The notes under the pieces were generated by a model. The model worked only from the letters and a program-made list of their open reading frames with translations. It was not told the DNA's origin and did not search any database. The position numbers and the translations under genes are program-made. Of a DNA stretch of 64,000 nucleotides, positions 1 through 13,044 are shown one piece after another. How positions within the stretch are numbered: the stretch's first letter is position 1; every line of letters starts with the position of its first letter. This DNA is from Octopus sinensis. Taxonomy: Eukaryota. The stretch covers positions 4,588,001-4,652,000 of the forward strand of contig NC_043015.1 of the NCBI RefSeq assembly GCF_006345805.1, written 5' to 3'.

Positions 1-985
1 AAGACGACCGAACCCATTCGCTTAGAGGTAGTGAAAGTCGTAACATGATCACTGCTATACACTACTCTTTACAAAAATAGTTCAAATATCTCTAGTTGAC
101 TTCGTAAGAACGCTTCATTGAAAAACATTAATATTAACTCATATATACGTATCTAAATAACATATCAAAGTATCAAAGTATCATGTATTGACTCGACAAC
201 TTGTAAACAACCATTTATTATACATGTGAATGCGGCCGAACGCTTCCTGACAGTTTCACTTGGAAATAAAGCGAAACATCATTGGTCTTCATTATTCTAT
301 TAAATATAAAGAAACACGGCATATGTAACGGCTATGCAGAACGTGGTTGCGCTGGTGATGTCGACGATTGGACATTATACCAGGCCGATGGTTGTGGTAG
401 AAATGATAGTGACATTGTCTACAAAACAAGCAAATTGTTTTAAAAACGAAGTGCATAAAATGAATGCTGGACACACTCGATAATTCAATATAAAACACCG
501 TGTTTGAATGCAAGCCAGGATCATTATAGTTGTAACACCTCGGATCAGAGTCTTGCTTGATCTTTCTACACCTTGGGCTAAATAGCAGCAACAACTCTTG
601 ATTTTCTTATACAATTATTAGAAAAGGAAGAAGCTAGCATGATGGCCTTTCTATTTGTAATAACTAACACTGCAATTACCTTTCTCCAATGTCATTGCTG
701 AAGAAATATATAATCATGCATGTTCCCCAATGCAATCTCTGATATCACACGGAGTCGATCAATTCTTACGGATTAAGTTTCTTACACACAGACCATATTT
801 CGTATGACAGACAAAGCTGGAAATATTCCAGTTTTAAGAATATATTCTTCAAAGAAAATGTTAGTCAATAATGTGATATAATGCTGTACTTTGTGCTTTG
901 ATGTGTTCAGCAGAGCTGGCTATTGAAGAATCATCTCCGCATGACAATTATTAACAAGCTTATCGGAAATATGGCTATTGACAGA

Positions 986-992
986 GTTGTTG

Positions 993-1091
<99 letters not shown>

Positions 1092-1168
1092 TTAACAACA
1101 ACAACAACAATAATAATGATGATAATAATAATAATAATAATATTAATAATAATGATAATAATAATAAT

Positions 1169-1225
<57 letters not shown>

Positions 1226-1231
1226 AGTAAT

Positions 1232-1262
<31 letters not shown>

Positions 1263-1353
1263 ACAACAACAACAACAATAATAATGATGATAATAATAAT
1301 AATAATAATATTAATAATAATGATAATAATAATAATATTAATAATAATAATAT

Positions 1354-1391
<38 letters not shown>

Positions 1392-1480
1392 AGTAATATT
1401 AATAATAATAATAATATAATAATAATAATATTGATGATATTGTTGATGATGATTATGATGATAATAATAAATCGTTGTTA
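986..1480. repeat. Compound trinucleotide microsatellite, (GTT)n(ATT)n switching to (AAT/AAC/GAT)n, with an internal 168-bp duplication
   Basis: Read directly. The block ATTAACAACAACAACAACAATAATAATGATGATAAT starts at both 1091 and 1259. Confidence 0.95.
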
Positions 1481-2737
1481 TTGTTATTATCTCCATCATA
1501 TATGTATTTAATTTGCTTTTATTTTGCTTTTAATAATAATATACTGCCACAAGAACATCCTCATATCTAACAACATCATTGTCGTCATTATCGTTGTGAT
1601 CACCAGCAGGCAGCAACTGCGAAATCCTCAATATTTGCATTGCAACGTTAAAAAAAAAACGACATTTTTCTATTATAATTTATGAAATAAATCTTCTTCT
1701 AGAGTTGTACATGTGTATGTGCGCTTTCATATGAGGGGATTAGTTTGTGCACGCGTATATAGGTTATGATTTGATGAATGATTCAAATGTACTAAGGTAT
1801 GGATGTGTGCCATTGACGGATTGGGTGTCAAGCTACATTAAGTAATATACCTGCGCGTTTAAAAAAATAATAAACTGACAGACAATTGAATAAGAGGGAA
1901 TATATTACATTTGATATGAAGTGAGACACTTATTATGTTAGTTAAGATATTTCAGGTTTTGAAATTAATGGAATGTGAATATAAATAATACGTTAAAATA
2001 TATTATAGCCGAAACTTTAAAATTATAATTATATGTATAATAAAAGTGGGGACTTCGACTTTATCGCTTTGAGTTACAAAATATAACAATCAAATAAACA
2101 GGACACCGCTCAACAGCTGAAGACAACCAAAGCAGTTGAGTTTAAATCGTCTTAAATACGCCGTGTCTATGCACTAAATATTTTATAATTTTCTCTGGAG
2201 ATTCTAGACCACCACTCCTAGTTCTGGCCTAAAAATGATGACAGCAAGCTACGAATAGAATCGGGTTACTGACTTTCAAACTTCACAAAATATACATGAC
2301 AATGGCAAAGTGCTTCAAAGCAACATTTTACCATATCATAAATTATAATTGATTTATATATGAAAGTTTAACCCGGCGCGGCTTTTTATACGTTCTTTAT
2401 ACTTCATAAAGTGATAGACACAGATATATTAATACACATACGCACGTATATGCATAGGTAGCCACGCACACAATCACACACAGATAAACATACAAAGACA
2501 CGAACGCACTCGCATATATGTATGCGTGTGTGGTTGGGTGGGTGTGGTTATTTATTCAAAATACTTATTCACTCCTTTGTTCCAGATACTGATGTGCGTG
2601 TTATATATTCTGCAAACAGCCATTTAAATTATCACTGGTCTTTTATGTTGATGACAACGACAAGTACTATTGTATGCCTACATACTTACATACACACGTG
2701 TGTGTATGCATACTTGTATATACATACATGCATACTA

Positions 2738-2812
<75 letters not shown>

Positions 2813-2815
2813 CAC

Positions 2816-2851
<36 letters not shown>

Positions 2852-4088
2852 TATGTGTATAGTATGTGTATATGTATTTTGTGTAACACCCACCTCACCG
2901 TAAATGTCAAAATCTGCAGCTATTTCATTTTCTATATCCTAATCTACTATTCTCTGCAGGTATTGTTATATATTTCTCAAATACGAAACTCTTTATATGT
3001 GATAAATGCTCGCAACGTTGAAAAAAAACGTGATTTATTGCTATTTGCATTAGTAAAGACCAAACAATAAGATTTCACACAATTTCTTACTCTTTATTGA
3101 AGAAAACAGCTTGAATAAGTATTCAATATCCGTTTTGAATCGTTAGTTTCTTAATAAAACACTGTTAAAGACGTACATATAATTAAGTTGTAATGTGTTT
3201 ATAATACAAGTATTCAGTTGTAAACGTTGAGATGTGGGGTGAAATATTATTCTGGTATGATGGAAATAAATATAATGAAACGTTTTGTAAAGAATAAGGT
3301 AATGCAGTTATTTAAATGACGATAAATGAGAAAGAATTATATTTATTATACATACTTATATTTCGGAAGAATATAAAAATGTTTTATGGTATCAATGTCT
3401 TACTCATTTCAATAATGGAAGTATTTACTGCGTTGATCATATGTATATGCATATATTTGAATCCCAGTAGATATTAGTGTATACATTAAAGTGAGAACTA
3501 AAATTAGTAAGGTCATATTTTGAATTAAGTATATATTATTTGACATAAAAATATAGCACAAATTGTCCAAGATCAGATGGCATTTGCTTTAACTGCAATA
3601 TAAGAGAAAAATCAGCAAGTTTGTTTTCTGTAAAGTAAAATGAGATAACGCAACCATTGCTATGTTAGCCTAAATGGAATGAAAACTTTTGATATATATC
3701 ATCTTATGCAAGCACGTTATAAAATTCCTAGTACACTAAAATTCCTAGTATACATCAAGTATACAAGTGCGGCTACTACTTTACTCAATAGGATTGCTGG
3801 TTATAATCTACGTTGCGAATGTGAGATTAATTAGGAAAACTCCAAGCAAAATTATGATATCCCCAATCTCATGTTATTTGTAACATTCGTTTCAGCATTG
3901 TGAGTTTTGAAAATTCCGCGCTGCTTGTTTCAAGTGCAATACAATAATGAAATATAACATGTTAAACGATGCCTCATCATTAAATATATATTTACCTGAA
4001 GCCAGAAAGATTTTGTCATAAGCAACTTTGTGATAATTGCTTAACATGAAGTCCTCTCTACTGACTATAAGAAATTCATCTGTATATA

Positions 4089-4121
<33 letters not shown>

Positions 4122-5591
4122 GCAGTGCACAATTTATAATAGATAATTTTAAAATAATTATATTCCAAATATTATTTTAAAATGTTTTGAAAGATAAGTA
4201 TATAAACGTGCTTTCCTTGTCTCCTCACTTGAAGGAAGACAAAGGCATTTCTATTGGTAGGTTTCACGGTTTCATTACTCTCATTACACATAAGATGCCT
4301 ATAATCCATTTGCCCAAATACAGAACTAACTGCAGTTTAAATCAATGAGAAACTAATCTTCCTCTGTAATAGTTAGCTTAATTTTGAATGCATACCACTT
4401 CAATGGTGTGCATAAATATGTATGCCCAATGTAGCATCTGTGAGAAAAGAACAGTACATTTAAGATACGTAAAAGAAAGTTTGTTTTATAACTTTACTGT
4501 AAGATGTTAATAAGTATATTGTTTCTTGTTATTCTCTTTGGACAGGCAGGAAATATGCTACGTAAATTCTCTTAATATGTATCACATATTGTAGACCAAA
4601 TATCACACGGGAAAAATGTCCATCCTTTAAAATCCTGCTTATATTACTCCGAAAAATGCAAAATGCTAACGAACACATAAACTGCATGCATTTCATTTCT
4701 GTTTCCATTACTTTATTAAAACGAATATTAAAGGAAAAATATTCCTCAAACCACTGACATGGTTTCAGCTGTGGAATATGATTGTATTCACATTTTGTAT
4801 ATGCTATTTTGTCAAGTAGACGCTTTTGTTTTCATAGCGTATGCATTATATCATATGTTTATATGCTTATTCCAGTTTTTTCTTCGTGCTAATATAATGT
4901 ACTTGATATTTAGCTTCTAGGAAATGTAGATGTGTTTTACGTATTTGTAATTGCATGTTGGCTGACCTCAACGGATCTTAGTTAATACTTACCATTCTGT
5001 TGTGGTAGTAAGCGTTGAGCCTAAGAACGTGTTGTGCATACTGCCACCCCCATATACTATACTAAATCTATGAATGATTTCATATCTCCTGTTTAGATGA
5101 AACTTCTTTGTGTATATGGTCACAAGATATTTTAAGTTCTGAACCATTCGTGCTTCGGTATGTTTTGCTGATAGACAATGAAACATTATATATCAATAAA
5201 CCAGTGAAGAAGTGATTCAATAATGCAATTATAAACACCGATCATAGAGCCAGTCCATGCTCCAGTGATAGTATTTCAGTAAATGGTGTGTGTCAGGCAT
5301 GCGAGTAGAAGTAAAATCGCCCATCAAACTTTTAGATGGGTTTCTTAATATCCATGCCCGAAGTGAATTTTATCCAAAATGTATTGATGCGTTTTTATTG
5401 CTATCACATAAAAATGTATTTTTTTTACTAAGGTATACATATCCGGATGAAACAGTTTTATCTGTAGCACAATGGTCTAACTAGGAAAGGGTATGATCCA
5501 TTGGAACAATTCCCAGACAATTTCTACCCGTATACAAAAACATAGGATTGTGGATCTCCATTAATTACGGTCATGTTTTCTTTTGATTACT

Positions 5592-5862
5592 GTATACAAC
5601 CTTGGTATTTTTACTCTTAATGCACCGGCTTGTCACACCATCTAAAAAAATGGCACACTTGTACACGTACATAAATGTATAAATGTATATACTTAACAGT
5701 GTATATACACAATGTATTTGCCAGTAAGCTGCGAATTGGCGTGGTCGAGATTACTCTCTCAAAGCACCAGATATCAAATCAGCTCTGACTTACAGGTAGG
5801 CGGAACAAGTCATCCCAGAATCCATCTTGATGTGTTGATATTTTTGTGGCTTATCAACATTT
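5592..5862. repeat. Diverged dispersed repeat, copy 1 (paralog of 8642-8932)
   Basis: Collinear shared blocks GTATACAACCT.GGTATTTTTACTCTTAA.GCAC, GCTGCGAATTGG.GTGGTCG.GATTACTCT and TGTG.CTTATCAA.ATTT. Confidence 0.85.
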
Positions 5863-6113
5863 TCACTTATGATATTAATTATATACAGTTAATTATGGGC
5901 ACTACGACTACAGTGAACATATAGTATGTGACTGATAGCACATCATTTACGTATCAAGTAATATAAGAGCAATGCTGAAACTAATTCTGTTTAAATATAA
6001 AATCTACTATATATCTTCAGTGCCCTCTTCATTCGATTACGTACGCCATGCATACGCACACAGACATATAACCATGCATCTAGATAAACACACATGTATG
6101 GATATACCTATAC

Positions 6114-6174
<61 letters not shown>

Positions 6175-7259
6175 TGTGGGGGGTGTTTGGTTGGTTATGT
6201 GTGTGTATTTATGTATATCTTACACTTACAAACTGAATGCAATTAAAAAGGAAAAAATGTATATGGAAGAATATGAAAGGCGTTCGAGAAAGTATATCGA
6301 AAATATAATGAAAGTTGTGAAAACAAATGAATAACCCAATACTATTAATGATAATACTCTATCGGAATATCGATAAAGGGAATTCATTGTATGATAAAGT
6401 GAAGAACATATGACAATATCTTAAAGAAAAATGTTGAAAACAAAACCAAAAAATACAAAAATGAATTATTTTACAAGCAAATCTACTTACAAACAAAAGA
6501 AAGTGAATACGAAGGTAAAGAATGGATATCTAGAAAGAATAACAAGTAAAAAAAAAAATATTGCAGCGAAAGAGCGGAAATAATAACAATGACGGAACAT
6601 AGAAAATAAATACGGTCATTTATAAGGGAAAAAATCTGCTGAAGTTAACATGATAGCGAAGAGAAATGTTGCGCCTATTCAAAGACCATATATTTATGAT
6701 TTGGACAAAAGAATGGTGAATTGTTTATGGAAATGTCTTATAGGCAAGTGAACTTAAACCGTGCAAGGTTATTCATGACCTTAACTTACAAATTGAGAAT
6801 CTGGCAATTGTTTCACATTCAGGCTAAACAAATTATGCAAGCGTATCTCTGAATAGGAATTGTCTTGTAACTTTAGTGAATAATTTGACCTATCGTTATT
6901 ATGTTATTATATATTTCATTCACACTCTCGCCTCAGAAGACAAAGTAAGTTTGAATAAAAGACACTTGTGCACATTCCCTCAGAGATTCAGATCTTTACA
7001 CAAAGGCAGACGCGCTCACTCTTGAACATACAACAGATATACACAGACACACACAGGTATACAAACACAACACGGTCGCGTAAATATTCTGTTTTATGCT
7101 CACGCACACATACATATATGATATGTTCTCATGAAGTGACAGGACGCAAGAAATTTAAACATGAAAAGTTTGAGTACTTTTGAATACTACAGTATCACAA
7201 TTTCTATGTACAACAAGTAAACGTCATACAATATTTTCTATTTCTAGGATTATTGACTA

Positions 7260-7720
7260 TATGTTAGGCTGGTCGATTCGGACCTCAGGCACATGTGTTG
7301 AGGGGAGCCGATGTTCTGAGCTTTGAAGAAATTGTACACAAGCACCATGTTTGTTGGACGGTACGGCTTGTATAAACGATTGATCGCAGGACCCCAGAGC
7401 ATATGCTATATAAATGAAATTTGTTGTAGAACTCTCAGCAATCGAAAACAAGATTCCGATTTGAAGATTGTGTAACGTTCTCTGTGAAAGTCTGTGAAAC
7501 ATGGAGTAGTTAATTCATAGAGGAATTCCTGTTATCGCAAGAATTGTAGTAAACAATTAAAAACATAACTAGATGTTTTCGAAACAGCACGCATTTTTCA
7601 TGTAGAATCCTAAGGGGTTGCACGAAAGCGCGCAGAGAGAGTAGAAAAACATGAAAGCTTTATTTACAATACCGGCTGACGAATACTCTTATCAACTCTG
7701 GTTTCGTTGGTCGCAAGCAG
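7260..7720 (+). mobile_element. Possible highly decayed RTE-type LINE fragment (post-RT region)
   Basis: Stop-ridden translation has patches resembling RTE motifs: GTCTGTGAAACATGG (CETW-like) and LDVFETAR...ES*GV. Weak. Confidence 0.3.
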
Positions 7721-7857
7721 AAATATAGGTGTATAGCATAAATTGCACAGGGTATTAATGGACATTGGTGGTCTTTCTCGGTCACGAGGGGATAGCCACA
7801 CACGCACACACGCGCGCGCGCATATAAGAGTGTGTGTATTTGTACATATAGATATTC

Positions 7858-7897
<40 letters not shown>

Positions 7898-8641
7898 ACA
7901 TATATAGATAGATAGATAGATACATATATAAATACATACATATATACATATAAACACATAAATATGGTGGTTTGCATGACCATGCGTCTTTGTGGGGAAT
8001 AACGCATCTATAAATTAATACAGGTTGGGAACAAATTTATTATATTATTATATGACTCTTTCATTAAATGAAAAATGTGTCAGACACACGCACACATACG
8101 CACGAACACTCAAGCACGCAAACACACGCACATGCACATATGTTTATACATATAAGTTCATAACTATATAATTATTTACATTTTAGTCATAATGGCAGCT
8201 ATTTTGATAATTTCTTAGCCGGTACCATAGTGCCAACCAGTTGATTAGTAAAATATTGTTATGGACGCCACGTGTTTGAAAGGCAAATTTTACATGTACG
8301 CGTTTGCGCATCAGTGTGTAGATGACCTAATATATAATGCATTAGAAAAAAAAATGTTTTATATGTTACCTCATAGTCGATGGCTTGCTTATATATAAAT
8401 AATAATAGCGGAATGAAATTTATTAGGAAGTGTTAAAGACATAATTTCAAAATATATATGTAAATATATAAAAACCTTCTGGCTTAAAAAATAAATAATC
8501 CTCTTAACACGTAAAAAAATATCATCATAAGACACTGAGGAAGACTTAATGACGAAATATTCGTTGTTAAAAACCTGCAAAGTTGGGAGAAAATATTTCA
8601 GAATGTGGGTATTTTTTATTTGCCAATTAATATTGAATTCC

Positions 8642-8932
8642 GTATACAACCTAGGTATTTTTACTCTTAAAGCACAGGTATGACACACCCACTCCCAAAC
8701 TCGTGCACATGTATACATACATACGTACATATATATATATATATGCATATACTTAATATAGAATCAGAACATCTTTGCCGGCAGGCTGCGAATTGGTGTG
8801 GTCGGGATTACTCTTACAAAGCGGCGGATATTAGAACACCTGTGATACATAGACAGTCGGGACACGTCCCCCAGATCCCATTCTGCACTGATGGACATAG
8901 ATGTTTCGCGATTGTGTGCCTTATCAAAATTT
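8642..8932. repeat. Diverged dispersed repeat, copy 2 (paralog of 5592-5862)
   Basis: Same collinear blocks as copy 1. Confidence 0.85.
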
Positions 8933-9132
8933 ACGCCGTGAATCATACGTGAATCAAAGCGCCAGTCCACCGCGTACATGCATTTGAGTTGAAAACTAAG
9001 TTGTGATAAGCGTGGACAATGTATAACGAACTCATATATGAAATAAAATACAAGTAGTGCTACTGTAATAAACATTAATGACCACATATACATATACTAT
9101 ATGATCCGAATATATATATATATATATATATA

Positions 9133-9894
9133 TAAGTACAATAAAAGACCTCTAAAAGAAGAAGTAAGTACTAGATCACAAAAAGTGGATAAATTCAATG
9201 AAATAAAATCAAAAACGTTTACAAACTCGGCTCATCTTATACTGCAGTTTCGTCTTTTTTTTAGCAGTAAATATAATTTATCTGCCAAGGCTAGACTCTT
9301 CAGTAAGCAGCCTTTGTTATCCTAGAAGTACATTTCGTTAGAAGCATGTGTGGTTCTAGCGACTTGCATTCTCTAACTTTTCAGACCATTGCGCAGACGC
9401 AAAACATACCCGACAAAAAGAAAGGTTTCTGGTATAGGGCCTACGATCAAAATTTATCGAGAAATATGTAAACATAGTAAAAAGGTAATAAAATAATTTA
9501 TCATTACCGGTGATCTAGCACAAAAGACAAGTTAGCCATTAGGCTATATGTTATTCATTTATAAGTACATTAAAAGGCCTCTAAAAGAAGAAGCAAGTGC
9601 TAGATCACAAAAAGTGGATAAATTCAATGAAATAAAATCAAAATCAGATAAATTATATTTACTGCTAAAAAAGAGACGAAACTGCAGTATAAGATGAGCC
9701 GAGTTTGTAAACGTTTTTGATTTTATTCCATTGAATTTATCCACTTTTTGTGATCTAGTATTTGCTTCTTCTTTTAGAGGCATTTTAATGTACCTATATA
9801 TGAATAACATATAGCCTAATGGCTAACTTGTCTTTTGTGCTAGATCACCGGTAATAATAATTTATTTTATTACCTTTTTACTATGTTTACATAT
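9133..9894 (-). mobile_element. Retrozyme-like element, subfamily A (~430-bp unit, about 1.2 units plus an inverted segment), flanked by (TA)n
   Basis: CCTCTAAAAGAAGAAG recurs about 430 bp apart. 9644-9894 is a reverse-complement copy of unit sequence. Shares blocks with the 403-bp array (TCTTATACTGCAGTTTCG, CTCTTCAGTAAG, TGCGCAGAC, ACCCGACAAAA, AAATTTATCGAGA). Confidence 0.8.
9229..9312 (-). ncRNA. Type I hammerhead ribozyme (subfamily A)
   Basis: Minus strand reads GGCU-g-CUUA-CUGAAGA-GUCU...AGAC-GAAA-CUGCAG-UA-UAAG-aug-AGCC. Full catalytic core, paired stems I and II, palindromic stem III, GUA triplet (plus 9240-9242). Confidence 0.85.
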
Positions 9895-9899
9895 ATATA

Positions 9900-9953
<54 letters not shown>

Positions 9954-10128
9954 AAAGATAATGCGATACAATAAAATTAATTATAATCGCCGGTGTACCA
10001 GTACACGCCATATATATACATATATATATATATATATACATATATCATTACATTCAAGGCGAAGAGTGTACTAGATACACAATAGCTGGATAAATTTAGT
10101 GAGATGAGAATTAAAAACTTTTACAAAC

Positions 10129-10219
10129 TTAACTTTTCTTATACTGCAGTTTCGCCAAATTCAGTAATAAAAATAGTATTTATTTACTCAGGCTGGCTCT
10201 TCAGTAAGATTCCTGTTAA
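10129..10219 (-). ncRNA. Type I hammerhead ribozyme, array copy 1
   Basis: Minus strand: UUAAC-aggaa-UCUUA-CUGAAGA-GCCA...UGGC-GAAA-CUGCAG-UA-UAAGA-aaa-GUUAA. Predicted cleavage between plus 10142 and 10141. Confidence 0.9.
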
Positions 10220-10532
10220 CGATGGAAAGACCATACCAATAGATCCATGTGCGTCTATCGAAATGCTCTTTCTAAACTATTCAAAACACTGCGCAGACTC
10301 CGAACAAACCCGACAAAATAGGGGATTGTGGTATATCGTCTAACGGTCAGAAATTTATCGAGAGAATATGTAAACAAAGATAAATGCGATACAATAAAAT
10401 TAATTATAATCGCCGGTGTACCAGTACACGCCATATATTATACATATATCATTACATTCAAGGCGAAGAGTGTACTAGATACACAATAGCTGGATAAATT
10501 TAGTGAGATGAGAATTAAAAACTTTTACAAAC

Positions 10533-10623
10533 TTAACTTTTCTTATACTGCAGTTTCGCCAAATTCAGTAATAAAAATAGTATTTATTTACTCAGGCTGG
10601 CTCTTCAGTAAGATTCCTGTTAA
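10533..10623 (-). ncRNA. Type I hammerhead ribozyme, array copy 2
   Basis: Identical to copy 1. Confidence 0.9.
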
Positions 10624-10935
10624 CGATGGAAAGACCATACCAATAGATCCATGTGCGTCTATCGAAATGCTCTTTCTAACTATTCAAAACACTGCGCAGA
10701 CTCCGAACAAACCCGACAAAATAGGGGATTGTGGTATATCGTCTAACGGTCAGAAATTTATCGAGAGAATATGTAAACAAAGATAAATGCGATACAATAA
10801 AATTAATTATAATCGCCGGTGTACCAGTACACGCCATATATTATACATATATCATTACATTCAAGGCGAAGAGTGTACTAGATACACAATAGCTGGATAA
10901 ATTTAGTGAGATGAGAATTAAAAACTTTTACAAAC

Positions 10936-11026
10936 TTAACTTTTCTTATACTGCAGTTTCGCCAAATTCAGTAATAAAAATAGTATTTATTTACTCAGGC
11001 TGGCTCTTCAGTAAGATTCCTGTTAA
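10936..11026 (-). ncRNA. Type I hammerhead ribozyme, array copy 3
   Basis: Identical to copy 1. Confidence 0.9.
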
Positions 11027-11339
11027 CGATGGAAAGACCATACCAATAGATCCATGTGCGTCTATCGAAATGCTCTTTCTAAACTATTCAAAACACTGCG
11101 CAGACTCCGAACAAACCCGACAAAATAGGGGATTGTGGTATATCGTCTAACGGTCAGAAATTTATCGAGAGAATATGTAAACAAAGATAAATGCGATACA
11201 ATAAAATTAATTATAATCGCCGGTGTACCAGTACACGCCATATATTATACATATATCATTACATTCAAGGCGAAGAGTGTACTAGATACACAATAGCTGG
11301 ATAAATTTAGTGAGATGAGAATTAAAAACTTTTACAAAC

Positions 11340-11430
11340 TTAACTTTTCTTATACTGCAGTTTCGCCAAATTCAGTAATAAAAATAGTATTTATTTACTC
11401 AGGCTGGCTCTTCAGTAAGATTCCTGTTAA
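11340..11430 (-). ncRNA. Type I hammerhead ribozyme, array copy 4
   Basis: Identical to copy 1. Confidence 0.9.
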
Positions 11431-11742
11431 CGATGGAAAGACCATACCAATAGATCCATGTGCGTCTATCGAAATGCTCTTTCTAAACTATTCAAAACAC
11501 TGCGCAGACTCCGAACAAACCCGACAAAATAGGGGATTGTGGTATATCGTCTAACGGTCAGAAATTTATCGAGAGAATATGTAAACAAAGATAAATGCGA
11601 TACAATAAAATTAATTATAATCGCCGGTGTACCAGTACACGCCATATATATACATATATCATTACATTCAAGGCGAAGAGTGTACTAGATACACAATAGC
11701 TGGATAAATTTAGTGAGATGAGAATTAAAAACTTTTACAAAC

Positions 11743-11833
11743 TTAACTTTTCTTATACTGCAGTTTCGCCAAATTCAGTAATAAAAATAGTATTTATTTA
11801 CCCAGGCTGGCTCTTCAGTAAGATTCCTGTTAA
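11743..11833 (-). ncRNA. Type I hammerhead ribozyme, array copy 5
   Basis: As copy 1 except A>G (minus strand) at 11802 in the stem II extension. Confidence 0.9.
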
Positions 11834-11945
11834 CGATGGAAAGACCATACCAATAGATCCATGTGCGTCTATCGAAATGCTCTTTCTAAACTATTCAAAA
11901 CACTGCGCAGACTCCGAACAAACCCGACAAAATAGGGGATTGTGG

Positions 11946-12060
<115 letters not shown>

Positions 12061-12671
12061 ATATATATATGGGAACGTGTCTCTGTGGCTATAAAGCATA
12101 TATTTAAGTCAATTCTGTGATTATATTTCGTTGTTTATTATTTCTTCATCGCCTTTACATAGGGCTCATCGTAATTTTGGACAGGCGTATCAAGTAGTCA
12201 TTCATTTATGTACAAATTGTAGCCTGTGCTGTGTCAGGAACTAGTACTATTTGAAGAAGTAATATCTCACATATTTCAAATTCAGTGAAAAGTTATATTT
12301 AGTGTAACTATTTAAAATATGAAACTGTGCAAAAAATATACATTGAAAAGTTGCTATCATGAGTTTTGAATAATGCAAGAGCAAGATAGGTCTGCTCATG
12401 ACAGTTATGGATTGATCATACGTGTTTTAGTTCAAGTTAATCGTTGGCAAAAACGAAAGGTGGTTATTTTTAATATTTTAATAATTTCTTGATTGATAAC
12501 GCCAGGTACATATACAGAGGCATGTGTTCCTTTAGCCATACATATACAGTGATACACCCAGGTATATTCACCCACAATTACGCACATATCAAAATGTGCG
12601 AGTTTATTAAATATGTATTTATATAAACGTGCGCATAAATACATATACATATGCATATGTATGTATGTATG

Positions 12672-12710
<39 letters not shown>

Positions 12711-13044
12711 GGAGAGAGGCAGACAGTCAGACACACAGACAGAGACAGAGAATGAGAGAGAAAGTATGTGGGAGAGATACTATGAGAGGATAAGTCCACT
12801 GATGATCTAAATTAAAAACACTGCTTAAGTGCTATAATTGGTCATCTATCAGGTTCCAAGCTCACAGGTAGACGTCCGCAGTAGGCTTCCAAATCAGCAG
12901 GTGTATATCAAAGGAGAAGGAAAACAAAGCCAAGACAGTTCATTCACACTAAGTAATTATAGTAAGGAGAATAATAGAAAAAATGAGAATTCACTTTCGT
13001 ATGATTGTAAGCTGGCGCGCTCACAATATATATTCTTTTATTCT

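Noticed and set aside
250-900. Possible piggyBac-like transposase remnant on the minus strand
   Set aside because: Only vague motif resemblance; no clear DDD motif or TTAA-flanked TIRs.
10300-10312. Possible Pol III B box (minus GTTCGGAGTC) in the array unit
   Set aside because: It mismatches the consensus and is not conserved in subfamily A.
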